A DNA stretch of 62,744 nucleotides, counting the filler, from Chiloscyllium plagiosum (lineage: Eukaryota): assembly GCF_004010195.1 (NCBI RefSeq). It is 6 parts of 2 records of this genome, joined end to end, with 100 filler letters (N's around TTAATTAATTAA, not from the genome) between each part and the next. Parts side by side here need not be neighbours in the genome. Positions count along the whole stretch, not along the records: positions 1 to 14,813 come from NC_057716.1; 5 more parts are not named here. One strand, given 5' to 3'. Of this stretch, positions 1 to 12,842 are shown in pieces (the first letter of the stretch is position 1; every line of letters begins with the position of its first letter). The notes under the pieces were generated by a model. The model was not told where the DNA came from, searched no databases, and saw only the letters and a program-made list of their open reading frames with translations. The position numbers were made by a program, and so were the translations under genes.

Positions 1-434
1 TGTGGGGGGGTGTCAGTGAGGGTGGGGGGGGTTAATCAGAGGCCTGTGCAGCAACAGGTGGAAGTGTCCGCTCAGCTCCAGGCCCCATGTCACTGAGCTC
101 CCGTTTAGGGGCCTGATGGTCCAGCTGAAACAGAAACCCTGTGGGGAGTGGGGGTGAGGGGGTGAAGGTGAGGGTGGGGAGGCTGTGAAAGGCAGACCAG
201 GCTGGAACACGCCCCAATCAGAGAGAGTCCAGGTCCATCAAACACGAATCATGGTGAAGTTTCCAGGCCCTGCTTCAGTTACTCTGAATTACTATATAAC
301 CCTGGATGTCGTGCAGGATCCGAGTGAACCCAGATTGACCTATTTTGCAGCAGTGTTATCACACACCTCGGGAACAGGCAGCACTTGAACTCAGGCCTCC
401 TGGTCCATAAGTAAGGACATTACCAGTGCACCAG

Positions 435-742
435 AAAAGGGGCCTTTTGTTTTTTTTTTGTTTATTTTTTTCATTTTTCTTTTTAACCCCCACATTCCCA
501 CCTAACTGCGGTAGTGCTTATTTTACCCCAGCACCCATGGTGTGTGTGTGTAGGTGTGAGACACAGTGAAAGACACAAAGTGCACGCATCGTGGGTAGGG
601 ACTAAATCAAAATAGAGTTGGAGGGAGAAATGATGCACTCCACTCCCTGCGGCGCCCACCTCTCCCTGAACAACTCCAGGGTGTTGGTCGACACCGCGTG
701 CTCCTTCTCCAAGGACACCCGGGCTCTAAAAGGGGCCTTTTG
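435..742 (-). mobile_element. 5'-truncated L1/Tx1-like LINE with 15-bp TSD AAAAGGGGCCTTTTG
   Basis: TSD at 435-449 and 728-742; T-rich tail; minus-strand ORF end ...LELFRERWAPQG. Confidence 0.75.
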
Positions 743-1062
743 AGCCACATTGTCCAATGTGACGTTTACTCAGTCCACCTGTTCCCTATTGGAACATTAA
801 CGGTGTCTGACTTCATTTGAGGATGACCAATTAGCAAGGACTGATTGAGAGAAGGAGGCACCTTGTGGATTTATTTCCATCCTCCAGCTGCTGGCCTGAG
901 CTGAGTCTGCAACTGATGAGCTGCTTGTTTGAGTGATCAGTGTTGGTTGTGAGGAAACATCCCAGAGTGCAGTCACGCTCCCAAAGGGCCTGAGGGGGAG
1001 GGTGGAGTGGGGAATACAGGGCTCTGTGAGTAACTAGAACATTCTCTTTCTGTTACTGTATA

Positions 1063-1147
1063 ATGGCCACACTGAAAGGAGCTGTGGACAGGAATTTGGA
1101 TATCCTCCTACAACTGAGTGAAGTCTTCTCCCAGAGACAGGAGCAAG
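1063..1147 (+). CDS. RACGAP1: RACGAP1-like coding exon 1 (MATLKGAVDRNLDILLQLSEVFSQRQEQ)
   Basis: ATG at 1063; 85 nt ending phase 1 at G|gtgatt; joins the next exon in frame; length and weak similarity match the RACGAP1 N-terminus as recalled. Confidence 0.7.
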
Positions 1148-2116
1148 GTGATTGCTGCTCACTGGGTTTCTGAGTTGCTGGGACTGGAGTGAACTTTATA
1201 AACTTACTTACATAATGTGACATCAGGACTAAAGCTGATACTTAATGCTCTGTGTTATAGTTTGCTCTGACTGACTGACTAGGGCTGTAGTGTTGGCGTG
1301 GAGTTAGATAGGGCCCATTCTAGGTAAAAACTACAGGTTTCTTTACTTATTAGTGAAATTCTTCATGAGAGAGACTAGGAAACTCTTTTAACTGAATTTG
1401 AAGACTTGGGTTCTAATTTTACATCAGGAGATTATGTCTAAATAAATTGTCCAATATCTGAGGCCTACTCTCTGTCTTTCTGATCTGTGACCCTAATTGA
1501 ACACTGGGGAAGCTTTCTCCTGAGTTTTGGATTCCGACACCTTCACTGAGTGAGTTTGGTGTTCTTCTATTCCTGATGAAGGGCTTTTGCCCGAAATGTT
1601 GAGTTTTTTTTTTCCCCTGCTCCTCAGATGTTGCCTGACCTGCTGTGCTTTTCCAGCACCACTCTGATCTAAACTCTGGAAAGTTTAGCCTTTTAGCATG
1701 TTCTGGATGAGAAGTCGGGAACTGAACTGTCTTTTAGTCCCTGTCCCTTGTCTGGGCTGTTTGTTCTGATGTGTTGCCCTCTGTTTCCAATTTCTGTGAC
1801 TCTGCCAAGAGTTGAGATCTCTGCACCAATCCAGCCCCTGTCGATTGCAGATGTGCCTTTTGTTCTTATGGGGTCCAAGTTCCAACACTCCCTTCAGTTC
1901 CCCCTCTGCTCCTCACAAAACTCCTTATTTTAGACCAGCCCTTTATTTTCCTAACCACATCCCTCTCTGATCCTGACAATCCTGCTAAACACTCCATCCC
2001 TCTGGGTTTGCTCCATCCCTTTCAAATTGCTGTGATTTTTAAAAAGACCAGCCCTAGTCGTTGATCTTCGAAGATGTGGGAAGTTTGCTGACAAATCGAA
2101 TCTTGTTGCCTTGTAG

Positions 2117-2319
2117 CTATGTTCCAGTTGGCAGTGAACTTCGAGAGCTGCAGGAAGAAATGGAAGTGCACAGAGGAGCAGTTTGTGACCTGTCAGAGTC
2201 AGCTGGTTAAGGCTGAGCTTGAGTTGACAGCTCTCAGGGTGAGGTTTAAACATGCCTGTAACCAGCTGGACGTGGAGTTGAGGAGGAGACACAAAGCCGA
2301 GCTCGCCTGCGAGCAGCTG
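2117..2319 (+). CDS. RACGAP1: RACGAP1-like exon 2, coiled coil (AMFQLAVNFESCRKKW...KHACNQLDVELRRRHKAELACEQL)
   Basis: ttgtag acceptor and gtagga donor; 203 nt; resembles RACGAP1 FEDFRKKW...KHARNQVDVEIKRR. Confidence 0.92.
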
Positions 2320-4529
2320 GTAGGAGTTTGGGGAAAATCTGGGAGCTCTGAGATGATTCCATCATTAACTTTCAGCTCAGTAAATCGAGCTGTGTCAGCT
2401 TGAATGATTTGAATATGTTTATTGTTGGTTTAAGACCATACAACATAGGAGCAGAAGTTAGGCCATTCAGCCCATCTAATCTACTCCTCCATTCAATCAT
2501 TTAAGATTTGCAACACCCAATTTCCCACTTTCTCGCTGTAACCCTCAATCCCTTTGACAATCAGCAACCTATCGATCTGTTTTAAATATACCCCTTGCTG
2601 GGAGAGTGCCAAAATCAGTCTTTTATAATGGAGAATCTGAGCATTATATTAACCTGTTAATGTTGTCATGATGACCATGTTGGCATGAGCCAGTGTGAGC
2701 CTGTTCCTAGTGTTTCAGGGCAGTTTTTTCTAGAGTGGAATCTAAATCCCACAACTGAGTTAAAGTTTGATCTAAGTAATCAGTCTGGAATTGGAAGTGA
2801 ACCTCCTGGAAGGTGACCGTGCCCAGGCTGGTTAATGGTTTGTAATCTAACTCCTTCCCTGTTGAGCTCTTGCCCAGAACGCGGTCAATATTTCCACTTG
2901 AGTAGTTATTCAGAGTAATTTCCCAGAAAGTACAGATTAATCCATTTGAACAGCAGGTAGTAAGTGAGGTTTTAGTGGGTGAATAAATGAATAGGTATTT
3001 GATGTTTTGAAATAGTTTGCCATGCAAACTGAAGAGAATGCAACGGGTGTTTTATGTAGATTCTGTGCTGTACGTTTCTGTGTTCTATGTTCTGTTTAAG
3101 TTGAGAAATGTCTGAACAGACAATCCCCACTCAGTCCCTTCCAACTGCTCAGCCATTAGACTAGATAGTGTCTGGTCTCCCTGCTATAGGAAGGATGTTG
3201 TTGTTGGGGTGGTGTGGGGTGGGAAATCATTGTCTAATTTAATTGAGGATCTTTGGTTTTTGAAACCATGACCCCCCAGTGATAGACCCCTTCCCCAAGC
3301 ACAAACATCCTTTCACCATTCACCTCGTCATGTCCCCTCAGACTCTGTTTCCTCTGACCCCTCAACTCCAGAAGATACAAATCTTTCCTCTGACAACCCA
3401 CCCTCCATTCCAGGGATCAATCTGATTGATCATCTCTGAACTACTCCCAATACATTAATATCCTTCCTTTTAAAATAAGAGACCTGCACTCACTCTGCCA
3501 GCTGTGGTCTCACCAATCCCTTGTATAATGGATGTGTGACCTCCCAACTTGACATTCAGTTCTCTTTTCAATAAATGATAAACCTGTAAGCCTCCCTGAT
3601 CACTCACTGTCCCTGCAGACTAATCTTCTGTGATTCCTACACTCAGACACCCAGATCCCTCTGCATCTCTGAGCTCTGCAGTCTCTCACCGTTGAGGTAA
3701 TGCTATTTTAATTCTTTCCCCTGGACAATGTCCCACTTTCTCACAATACAATCCATTCGCCAGGTCTGTGCCCACTCACCTAACCTGCTGATATTCCTTG
3801 AGGGTTCCTCGTGTCCCCTCACATCTCCCTTTCTGATCTGTGTTTGTGTCATCGGTAAAGTTAGCTCCATACCTTCAATCCTTCACCCCAATCCTAGCTC
3901 TAGCACTGACCCCTGGGGCACCACCACTCGGGACACCCTGCCAGTCTGAAAAAGACCCAGATATTCTGTTCCCTGTTAACCAGCCAGTCTTCTATCTCCA
4001 GGTCAATGTTACCCTGACACCATCAGCTTCCGATTTCTGCAATAATCCTCAGCATGGCACTTTGCCTTTGATCCCCCTCTAGTTATAGATCACACTGGTT
4101 CCAATACAAACAGATTCCCCTTTAAAACCATGCTGGCTCTCTGAACATGATATGGCATCTTAGTATTAGGTTCTCGCATTTTCCCAGGATAGGCGTTAAT
4201 CTAACTGACCGGTAGGTTGCCACTTGTTAATTGAAGAAAGAAGTTACATTTGCTATCTTCCAAACTAATGGGACTTTTCCCCAAATCTTAAATCCAATGT
4301 GCCAAATATGTCTCCGCCTTGCCTTAGGGGTCAAAGGGTATAGGATGAAAACAGGAATAGGGGACTGAGCTGGATGATCAAACCTGATCAAACTGAATAG
4401 CAGAGCAGGTTTGAAGGGCTGAATGGCCTCCTATACTGTTTGCTTCTGGGCCTGTGGTTGATCTGTGTCTCTCTCATCCTGGTGATTGTACGTTGCCCTC
4501 TGTGTTCTGCTGTGATTCTCTTGTTGCAG

Positions 4530-4663
4530 GAACGCAGGCTGCAGTTGGTCCATGATGTTCTGAAGAGTGAAGCTCCCGGCACAGCGTTGCACAGTGAAGA
4601 TCGTCAAAACCTCCTCCAAGCTCTGGCTGCGCACACTCAGCCTGAGCGACAGGCCCACACCAG
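4530..4663 (+). CDS. RACGAP1: RACGAP1-like exon 3 (ERRLQLVHDVLKSE...)
   Basis: ttgcag acceptor and gtatgg donor; phase 0 to 2; resembles ERQIQLIREML. Confidence 0.85.
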
Positions 4664-5672
4664 GTATGGTCTCCACTCTAACATCCCATACCCCCAAACC
4701 AGAGGCACCTGACATGTCAAACAATACTTACATGTTTGGGATGTGGACGACAGTGGGTGAGGCCAGCACTGATGACCCTTTGGCATCAAGGGGTAGTGGT
4801 GGCAAAGTGGTCATATCACCAGACTGGTAACCCCAGAGCTCCAAGGTGGGAACATTACCATTCCAGTGAGCAATAGAATAACTTAACACAAACTAACCTA
4901 AAGCTGACCGTGTGATCAGTATCGATTGTTGGTTCACTGCTTCCTTCAGTAAAGGAAATTTGCTGTCCTTACCTGGTCTCGCCTGTAGAGTACATGACTC
5001 CAGACCCATAGTAATGCCCCGGGGCAACAATAATCACTGGCCCAGCCACTTCCTGTAAGTGGATACGTAGGTTGCTCTGGGTTTGGGGATTTGAAGCTGT
5101 TATCGGAGTGTGCAGTGTCTGAGTGACCCCGAACTCTCCCAAATCCAAACCTGTTACTGGTCACCTTTCCCATTCCACAAATCTCCCTCCATCCACCCTC
5201 TTCCTGCCCCTCACTTTGTACATTTATAGCCATAGCCTTCACTTCACCTCAAGGTGCTCTGCTGCTCAGTCAGTGATCTGGAAATAACCAGCTGCCCGGC
5301 CCTGATCAGCCTCACCTGAATTTGGACGTGTGCTGACCACTGACTGGAGACGTTAGCGAGGTTCGGATGCTGCCTGTCTGGGAGTGGGCCCAGCCTTGTC
5401 TTCAGCACCTGCTGGGTCATGTGGATTAAACCTTTGTTTTTACCAAAAATGACTGCAGATGCTGGAAACCAGATTCTGGATTAGAGGTGCCGGAAGAGCA
5501 CAGCAGTTCAGGCAGCATCCGAGGAGCAGTAACCTTTTTGGTGCCATTCCTGTCCAAATACCATGAGCACATCAATCATTACCCTGATGTGCTTCATTGG
5601 GAGGTGCTATAGAAATGATATGTCTGTGTGTGTCTGTCTCTCTCCCTGACCTGCTCCCATCCTGTTTTACAG

Positions 5673-5754
5673 GCTCCAAGCTGTTGATGAAACAGTGACC
5701 TCCAATATCTCCTGTTCCAGCATCAGTTATGACCGGACACGTGACGAGATGTTG
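5673..5754 (+). CDS. RACGAP1: RACGAP1-like exon 4 (RLQAVDETVTSNISCSSISYDRTRDEML)
   Basis: ttttacag acceptor and gtcagt donor; resembles RLSTIDES...ISFDKTDESL. Confidence 0.85.
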
Positions 5755-5981
5755 GTCAGTCAGTGCTGGGGAGGGAAGGGGGTGATGGGTATTGGTGGCC
5801 GGAGGGGTGTGGGGAGGGTGTGGGTGGTTGCTGTCATTCAGTGTTGTAACCCTCCCTCTGCCCCCCTCTGAGGAAAGTGTTCTGAAGTAGGGGTATAGGG
5901 GATAGTCCTGGTTGTGTTGAGGCTAGTGGGGGCGTTTCCAGGTCAGTCTCAAGGGGTTAACATGTCTCTTTCCTTCTATAG

Positions 5982-6035
5982 GATTTGAATATTTCTGCAG
6001 TGAAGCCGGTAACAGCGAAGATACGGGACAAACGG
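5982..6035 (+). CDS. RACGAP1: RACGAP1-like exon 5 (DLNISAVKPVTAKIRDKR)
   Basis: ctatag acceptor and gtaaac donor; 54 nt; resembles DWDSSLVKTFKLKKREKR. Confidence 0.85.
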
Positions 6036-6137
6036 GTAAACAAGCAGTAACTCTCCTCTTGCTGTGCTGGTTCTGTCAGATGGAAACCTGGGGCTATCCA
6101 CCTTGAGATCTCTCTCTCTCACTCTCTCTCTCTACAG

Positions 6138-6236
6138 CGTTCCAGCCGTGTCCTAGTCGATCGCCCACCAGTTGCTCCGAGGAGATCCCGCTCTCGCTCC
6201 TTTGACCAACTTGTGGACTGTGTGGGCTCCGCACTG
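6138..6236 (+). CDS. RACGAP1: RACGAP1-like exon 6 (RSSRVLVDRPPVAPRRSRS...)
   Basis: (CT)n-acag acceptor and gtgagt donor; 99 nt, phase 0. Confidence 0.82.
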
Positions 6237-6839
6237 GTGAGTGGGCCTTTTTATTCCTGGGCGCCTCTCTCTAAATCCCTCCTGCCTGGGTATAGGGGAG
6301 GGAAAGGGACTGAGGTTACAGCACGCTGAGGGTCCGAGACAGGGACCTGTGCAGGAGAATACTTTCCAGCAGTATCCTGATCCAAGCTCTGGATGATCAT
6401 CCCAGACCCTAATCCATCGAGTGAACCTCCCCTTCCCTCACATTCTCAGACAGTACATTCCAAACCCTAACCCCTCGAGTGAACCTGCCTCACTCACGCT
6501 CTCAGACAGTACACCATTTTCTCCTGTCTTTTTTTTTGTTTTTACCAACTAACTTGAATCTGATTTTCCCCATCAAGGAAAACGGTTTCTCTGTTTACTA
6601 TCCAGAGCCTTCATGGTTTTAAAGAGCTCGATCAGGTCTGCCCTGAGCTACCGTCTCTCTAGGGAGAACAGACACTGTTTCTTGTATCTATCCTCAATGA
6701 AGTTTCTCGTCTCTGGAACCATGATTGAGAACCCTTCCTACACACACTCTAACATTAACGTTCTCCTAAAGCGTATTACCCACAATGGGCACGAGACTGT
6801 AACTGAGGTCTAACAAGTATCTTTGACAAGTTCAATATC

Positions 6840-7910
6840 AATAGATAGGATGGTGAAGAAGGCGTCTGGTATGCTTTCCTTTATTGGTCAGTGCATTGAG
6901 TACAGGAGTTGGGAGATCATGTTTTAGCTGTACAGGACATTATTTAAGCCACTTCTGTAATGCTGTGTGCAATTCTGGTCACCCCATCAGAAAGATGTTG
7001 TGAAACTTGAAAGGGTTCAGAAAAGATTTACAAGGATGTTGCCAGGGTTGGGGGATTTGAGCTACAGGGAGAGGCTGAACAGGCTGGGAAATGACCTTAT
7101 AGAAGTTTATAAAATCATGAGGATAAATAGACAAGGTCTTTTCCCTTGAGGTGGGGAGAGTCCAAAGCTAGAGGACATAGGTTTAAGGTGAGAGGGGAAA
7201 GATTTAAAAGGGACTTAAAGGGTAACTTTTTCACACAGAGGGTGGTACGTGTGGATTGAGCTGCCAGAGGAAATGGTGGAGGCTGGTACGATTACAACAC
7301 TTTTTTTCAAAATCTATTTTACAATAAAAATATATTTTAATTAATATTACAAATAGAAAACAATTCAAAACTGTACAAAAAGCCAAGCTGTACTCGTACA
7401 AATGTATGAATCTATAAAAGACCAACTAAATACAAATAATTAATTAATAATAATCAGGCTCAGTGAGACAAAACACTGGCTCTCTGCCATTGAGAGCATT
7501 AATTTACACACACATACATTCGCAGGTCCCCCTCTGGGTATTCAATTCATAAAACCCAATCGGTGACAGACTCCAGGTAGTCCAAAAAGGGCTGCCATGT
7601 CTTATAAAAATTCTCCATTTTATGATACTTGTCAGAAAATCTAAAGGGATATGCTCCATAACTATCTAATGCCAACAGGAGAAACCTGGAGGAATTTCAA
7701 ACACCCAAATAGAATATTCTTTCTTGCGCAAAAAAGTAAGGATGTTGACAATTACAGCATTTAAAAAGGCACCTGGATGTGTATATGAATAGGAAGGGTT
7801 TGGAGGGATCTGGGCCAAGTGCTGGCAAATGGGACTGGATTAGTTTTGGATGTCTGGTTGGCATGGACAAGTTGGGCTGAATGATCGGTTTCCATGCCAT
7901 ACAGCTCTGA
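6840..7910 (+). mobile_element. CR1 LINE 3' fragment interrupted by an antisense L1 3' end (about 7300-7750)
   Basis: QFWSP...LERVQKRFTRMLPG; the insert has a T-rich tail and minus-strand FYKTWQPFLDYL; CR1 sequence resumes at about 7751. Confidence 0.8.
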
Positions 7911-8479
7911 CTCTGTGGGTGTGTGTATTAATTGGCTGTGGTCCAAGCAAGTTGTGGTTTTGTCCAAGTTTAGTGTTTCTCGAAGTTTTCCCACTCCTGA
8001 GATTAAACGGAGTGACCTTTCATTGCTGGATGTAACTGTTGCATGGTTTTGGAAGCAGTTGAATGTTTGTAACTCTCTGGCCTCATTGTTAAATCCAAGC
8101 AGCAGCAGAAACATGTGACTGACCAAAATATCTGCCACTTCAATTGGAATCACTGGTCACTATCTCTGGGCTTTTGGAAGTTACTGGGAGTAGATGTAGG
8201 CCATTCAGCCCATCGAGCCTGCTCTGCCATTGACGGAGATCACAGCTGATGTGAATCCTCCTTTCCACTTTCCTTCCTTTTCCTGATTTTATCCACTCTC
8301 TCACTCTCTCTCTCACTCTCTCTCTCACTCTCTCTCTCACTCTCACTCTCTCTCTCACCCAGTCTTGACAGCATTCTAGACTAAACAATTCCAGTGTCAC
8401 TAGCTCCTCCCTCCCTTCCTTTCCTCCCTCCTCATTTTGAAAGGCACTATATGAATGCAGCCTTTTTTCTCTCCCCCAG

Positions 8480-8597
8480 GGCAGTGATACAATGGATGGT
8501 AAAGCAGGAAGTGAGGGGAAGGTGCATCGTGACTCCCCAAGGGGATTGGCTTGTCACAGCCATGCAGACTGGAACAGACGGCGCCTCCTGTTGGAAG
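8480..8597 (+). CDS. RACGAP1: RACGAP1-like exon 7 (GSDTMDGK...DWNRRRLLLE)
   Basis: strong pyrimidine tract plus cag; G|gtctgt donor; 118 nt, phase 0 to 1, which is needed to keep frame with exon 8; sequence similarity is low. Confidence 0.72.
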
Positions 8598-9823
8598 GTC
8601 TGTGACATAAGGTGGTTGGGAGATGAAGGGATTCTGGGAACCACAATCATTCCAATTTGATTTCTCCTTTCACCAGCATCTGGTCCAGCGATTCCTCCAA
8701 ATACCAGCACACTTTTCCAAACTCCTGCATGGCATACTTCTCCAGCCCCACCACAAATCTTCCCCTCACTCTCCAGCCTCTGTCTCTGTGTTAAACCTGA
8801 CCCTGCCCCTCTTCCATGTTCACCTCTGAATGATCCTGGGTTCTGGATCCCCACTGACTGGGAACATTCTTCCCACATTTACTCTGTCTACCCTAAATAG
8901 AATTTGATAGATGTCTATGAAATTACACCTTCCACATTCTCCGAACCCCCATTGAATACAAACCCAACTAACTCCATCTCCTCTCCTTCAGCTCCACCAT
9001 CTCAGGACTCAGTCTGGTAAACCTTCACTGTACACCCTCCACAGCCAGCCCATTCTCCACCCCCCATCCCTCCCCCTGGTAAGGAGAACATAACTCTCTA
9101 CCCAGTATTCCTGGTGTGGCCTGACCAAGGCCCTGTCTGATTGCAGCCAGATGTCCCTGACAGTGTACTCAAATTGTCTCCCTAAGAAGGACAACATACA
9201 GTTTCCCTTCCCCTCTGCCTGCTGTACTTGTGTGCTTACCTTCAGTCTCTGGTATACAAGGACACTGAGATCCTGTGACACATTCCCCTCTGTTTATTGA
9301 TCCCTGTGGGACTCTGATAATCACTACCTGCCATTTGGAAACTGACCTGTTTTATCCCTACAATGTCGCCTGTCTGCCAACCAGTTTTCCATCTACCTCA
9401 ATACATTACCCTCCAATCCCACATGCTTTAATTTTACACAAGAATCTGTTACTTGGAACTTTGGACTTTCAGAGTTTTTGACAATGGATGTAATCCATTG
9501 GGTCCCCTCGATCAAGTCTGTTAGATCTTTTGAACGGTCATTGATTTGCGAAGCATGATTTCCCTCTTGTAATTCTGGGCTGACTCTCACCTGTACACGA
9601 CCCCTAATTCTCTCTGCTCCAGTAACACTCTGTGGAGGTTAATGTCTCTGACCTGACTGAACACACAGCTTCACCTGGAAACTGAGCCTCAATCCTTTCA
9701 GAGGGGAATAAGGCCCCCACACCAAAGTGAATGAAGTGGGTTTGTGGCACATGCTCTGATATTGGGGAGATGTGAGGGTTAAGGGAAGCTCTGCGGAGTG
9801 ACTGACTGATTCCTCTCTTACAG

Positions 9824-9963
9824 ACCAGATCCCAGAGGACCACACTGTGGGGAGTGGGCACCAGCTGGTGACTGCCCCAGGTCCTGTAGCACCGTCTCCT
9901 GACCCATTCTCAACGCCGGCGAGTGCCCCCAAGAGCAGGCCGCACACCTTCACCTCCAAAACG
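9824..9963 (+). CDS. RACGAP1: RACGAP1-like exon 8 (...FSTPASAPKSRPHTFTSKT), start of C1 domain
   Basis: ttacag acceptor and gtaact donor; HTFTSKT matches HDFVSKT. Confidence 0.87.
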
Positions 9964-10773
9964 GTAACTGCAGGGAAACGGCAGTTTGGCGGGGGGGGGG
10001 TCAGTCACCCAGAGGCTTCAGTGACTGCTCTCGGGAGAAGGGTTCAAATCCCATTACAGCAGCTGCTGGAGACTAAATTCCATTCTTAATGTCTGGAATT
10101 ACAAACTAGTTTGATTAAATTAGAATGGGCACATTTACAATGCAGACAGAGGCCATTCGGCCCACTGTGACCATCCCTAATCGACCAAAAATTATTTTTC
10201 TTTTCCTCCTCCCCCAGCACCCCCCCCCCCCGCCATCCACTTAGCCTCCCAAAACACCCAGGTTTTTATTCACTGTGATATGGATTTTGCTGGCTGGCCA
10301 GTATTTATTATCCATCCCTAATCAGATTCTCAACAGTGTAGAAAGAGGCCATTCAGCCCATTGAGTCAGCACCAACCTTCAGAACATTATCCCACTCAGT
10401 CCCAGCATCCTACGCTATCTGTGTAACCCGCATTTCCCACGATTAACCAGCACGTCTTTCAACTGAGGGGAAACTGGAGCAAACCCACGCAGACATGGGG
10501 AGAATGTGCAAACTCCACACACTCTCTCAAAGGTGGTATTGAACCCAGGTTCCTGGTGCTGAGGCAGCAGTGCTAACCACAGCCACTGTGCCAACCTTGA
10601 GGAGGTGGGGGTGAGCTGCCTTCTTGAACCGCTGCAGTCCATGTGCTGTGGGTAGACCCACAATGCCCTTAGGGAGGGAATTCCAGGATTCTGACCCAGG
10701 GACACTGAAGGAACGGCGATATATTTCCAAGTCAGGATGGTGAGGGGCTGGGAGGGAAACGTTCAGGGGGTTG

Positions 10774-11086
10774 TTAGATTAGATTACATTACAGTGTGGA
10801 AACAGGCCCTTCGGCCCAACATGTCCACACCGACCCGCCGAAGCGCAACCCACCCATACCCCTACATTTACCCCTTACCTAACACTACGGGCAATTTAGC
10901 ATGGCCAATTCACCTAACCTGCACATCTTTGGACTGTGGGAGGAAACCGGAGCACCCGGAGGAAACCCACGCAGACACGGGGAGAATATGCAAACTCCAC
11001 ACAGTCAGTCGCCTGAGTCGGGAATTGAACCCGGGTCTCAGGCGCTGTGAGGCAGCAGTGCTAACCACTGTGCCACCATGCCGCCC
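10774..11086 (-). mobile_element. HE1-type tRNA-derived V-SINE (other copies near 10320-10595, 27214-27520, 31936-32208, 33488-33798, 35695-36025, 41880-42040, 48225-48506, 54146-54350, 55616-55905)
   Basis: A/B boxes (TGGCACAGTGG, GGTTCAATTCC), V-domain GTGTGGAGTTTGCA...GGTTTCCTCCCAC, CR1-derived tail ending in TCTAA repeats. Confidence 0.85.
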
Positions 11087-11613
11087 ACATGGTGTTCCCA
11101 TGTATCTGCTGCCCTTGTCCAGGAAATGGCTGATGGAATTCAAAGTGAGCAAGTGCGAGGTCTTGCACTTTGGAAAAAGAGAATACAGGCCTGGACCATT
11201 TTACAAATGGTGAGAATTCCTAAAGCCAAAGTACAAAGGGGTCTGGGAGTTCTAGTCCAGGATTCTCTAAAGGTAAACGTGCAGGTTGAGTCTGTGGTTA
11301 AGAAAATAAATGTAATGTCATTTTTCTCAGAGGGTTGCAATGTAAAAGCAGCGACGTGCTTCTGAGACTTTATAAAGCTCTGGTTAGGCCCCATTTAGAA
11401 TAGTGTCCAGTTTTGGGCCCCACACCTCAGGAAGTATTTACCGGCACTGGAGCGTGTCCAGCGGAGATTCGCACAGATGATCCCTGGAATGGCAGGCCTA
11501 ACCTATGATGATTGGCTGAGGATCCTGGGATTGTCTTCATTAGAGTTTAATCTCTGACAGTGAATGGAATCCTGAGCAGTTGGAAGTAATTGTTTCTCTC
11601 TCTCATTCGCCAG

Positions 11614-11778
11614 ATCATCATGCCGGAGACCTGTGTTCCCTGTGGGAAACGGATCCGGTTTGGGAGAATGGCTCTGAAGTGCCGCAGCTGCAGCATTGTT
11701 GCCCACCCGAGCTGTAAGGAGCGGTGCCCTGCCATTTGTTCACCCAACTTCACCACAATCTCTGTCAAAAACGGTGAG
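11614..11778 (+). CDS. RACGAP1: RACGAP1-like exon 9, C1 zinc finger (CVPCGKRIRFGRMALKCRSCSIVAHPSCKERC)
   Basis: 165 nt GT-AG exon; Cys/His ligand pattern of the RACGAP1 C1 domain is present. Confidence 0.95.
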
Positions 11779-12351
11779 GTATGGACATCAGGCAGAGGTT
11801 TCAAACCCCAAATATCAGAGGGAAGGAATGGAGACAATTCATCAGCTGATCACTCGGGCATAGCCACCGATTTGTGCAGTGATTTTAAAAATGAGTCCTC
11901 CCAAAAACCAGTCATTGCCAAACCCGACCATACTTTAGGGTACAGGAGTTAGATATCGTTCCTGGAGCTAGAGGAAGGAAAGACAGCAGGGGCTGGGAAC
12001 GGGGGACTGAGTGGGATGTCCAGCTGTGAGTGGATTGAATGGTGAAGCAGACTGAAACAGCAGTCAGCTATTCAGCCCGACGTTTCCGTGGGTGTACCCG
12101 AGCTCTGACGTTTCAAATACACATGACCATTCAACACAAGATGGGTACAGCAGTGACATGAAGTCCCTGGATGGCCATTCCAGAACCCCAAACTCATATT
12201 CTGGGGCCATTGATTTGAATCCCATCAGCTTCAGTAATGCCTTTGTGGGTGGGGTGGGGGCAGGGGTTGTAGACCGAGGATGTTCCAGGGTTCCAGTAAT
12301 ACTCCTGACCAATCGGTTTCTGATCACTAACCTGGTGGTTTTGTTTTTCAG

Positions 12352-12447
12352 GGAGCTGTTGGAGATTTTGCCCCCCAGACTGTTCCCATGATCCCATCTC
12401 TTGTTGTCCACTGTGTCAATGAAATTGAACAGCGGGGACTTCAGGAG
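12352..12447 (+). CDS. RACGAP1: RACGAP1-like exon 10 ([32 protein letters not shown])
   Basis: 96 nt GT-AG exon; near-identical to [19 protein letters not shown]. Confidence 0.95.
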
Positions 12448-12842
12448 GTGAGCAACGCTTCTCTGAAAATGAGAGCAGCGAGATCTGTCTGGATTAACCA
12501 CAATCCCAAAATCTGCAGTCTAATTGGGGAGGGTTTATATCTAGAATAACTCACTGCCAGGTGTACTTGTTACAGTCTGGAGCCTAATCAATGGGTTGGG
12601 GGGGCTCTGTTTTGTACCAGTGGGAGGGGTATTAACTGAGGAGTGGGGTGGGGGATTGCTAGGAGAGACCTATTGCAGGGTATAAGCAGTCTGTCCATAT
12701 TAAGAAGACAGAGCAAGCCTGAGGGGCTGTTCATGGGGATACTGTCTGAATTGGTTGAGAGTTGAGGGGCAGTGTGTGAGACTGGTGTGGCTGTTATTCT
12801 AACTCCTTTGTTTCACCCTCTTTCTCCCCCCAACCACCTCAG

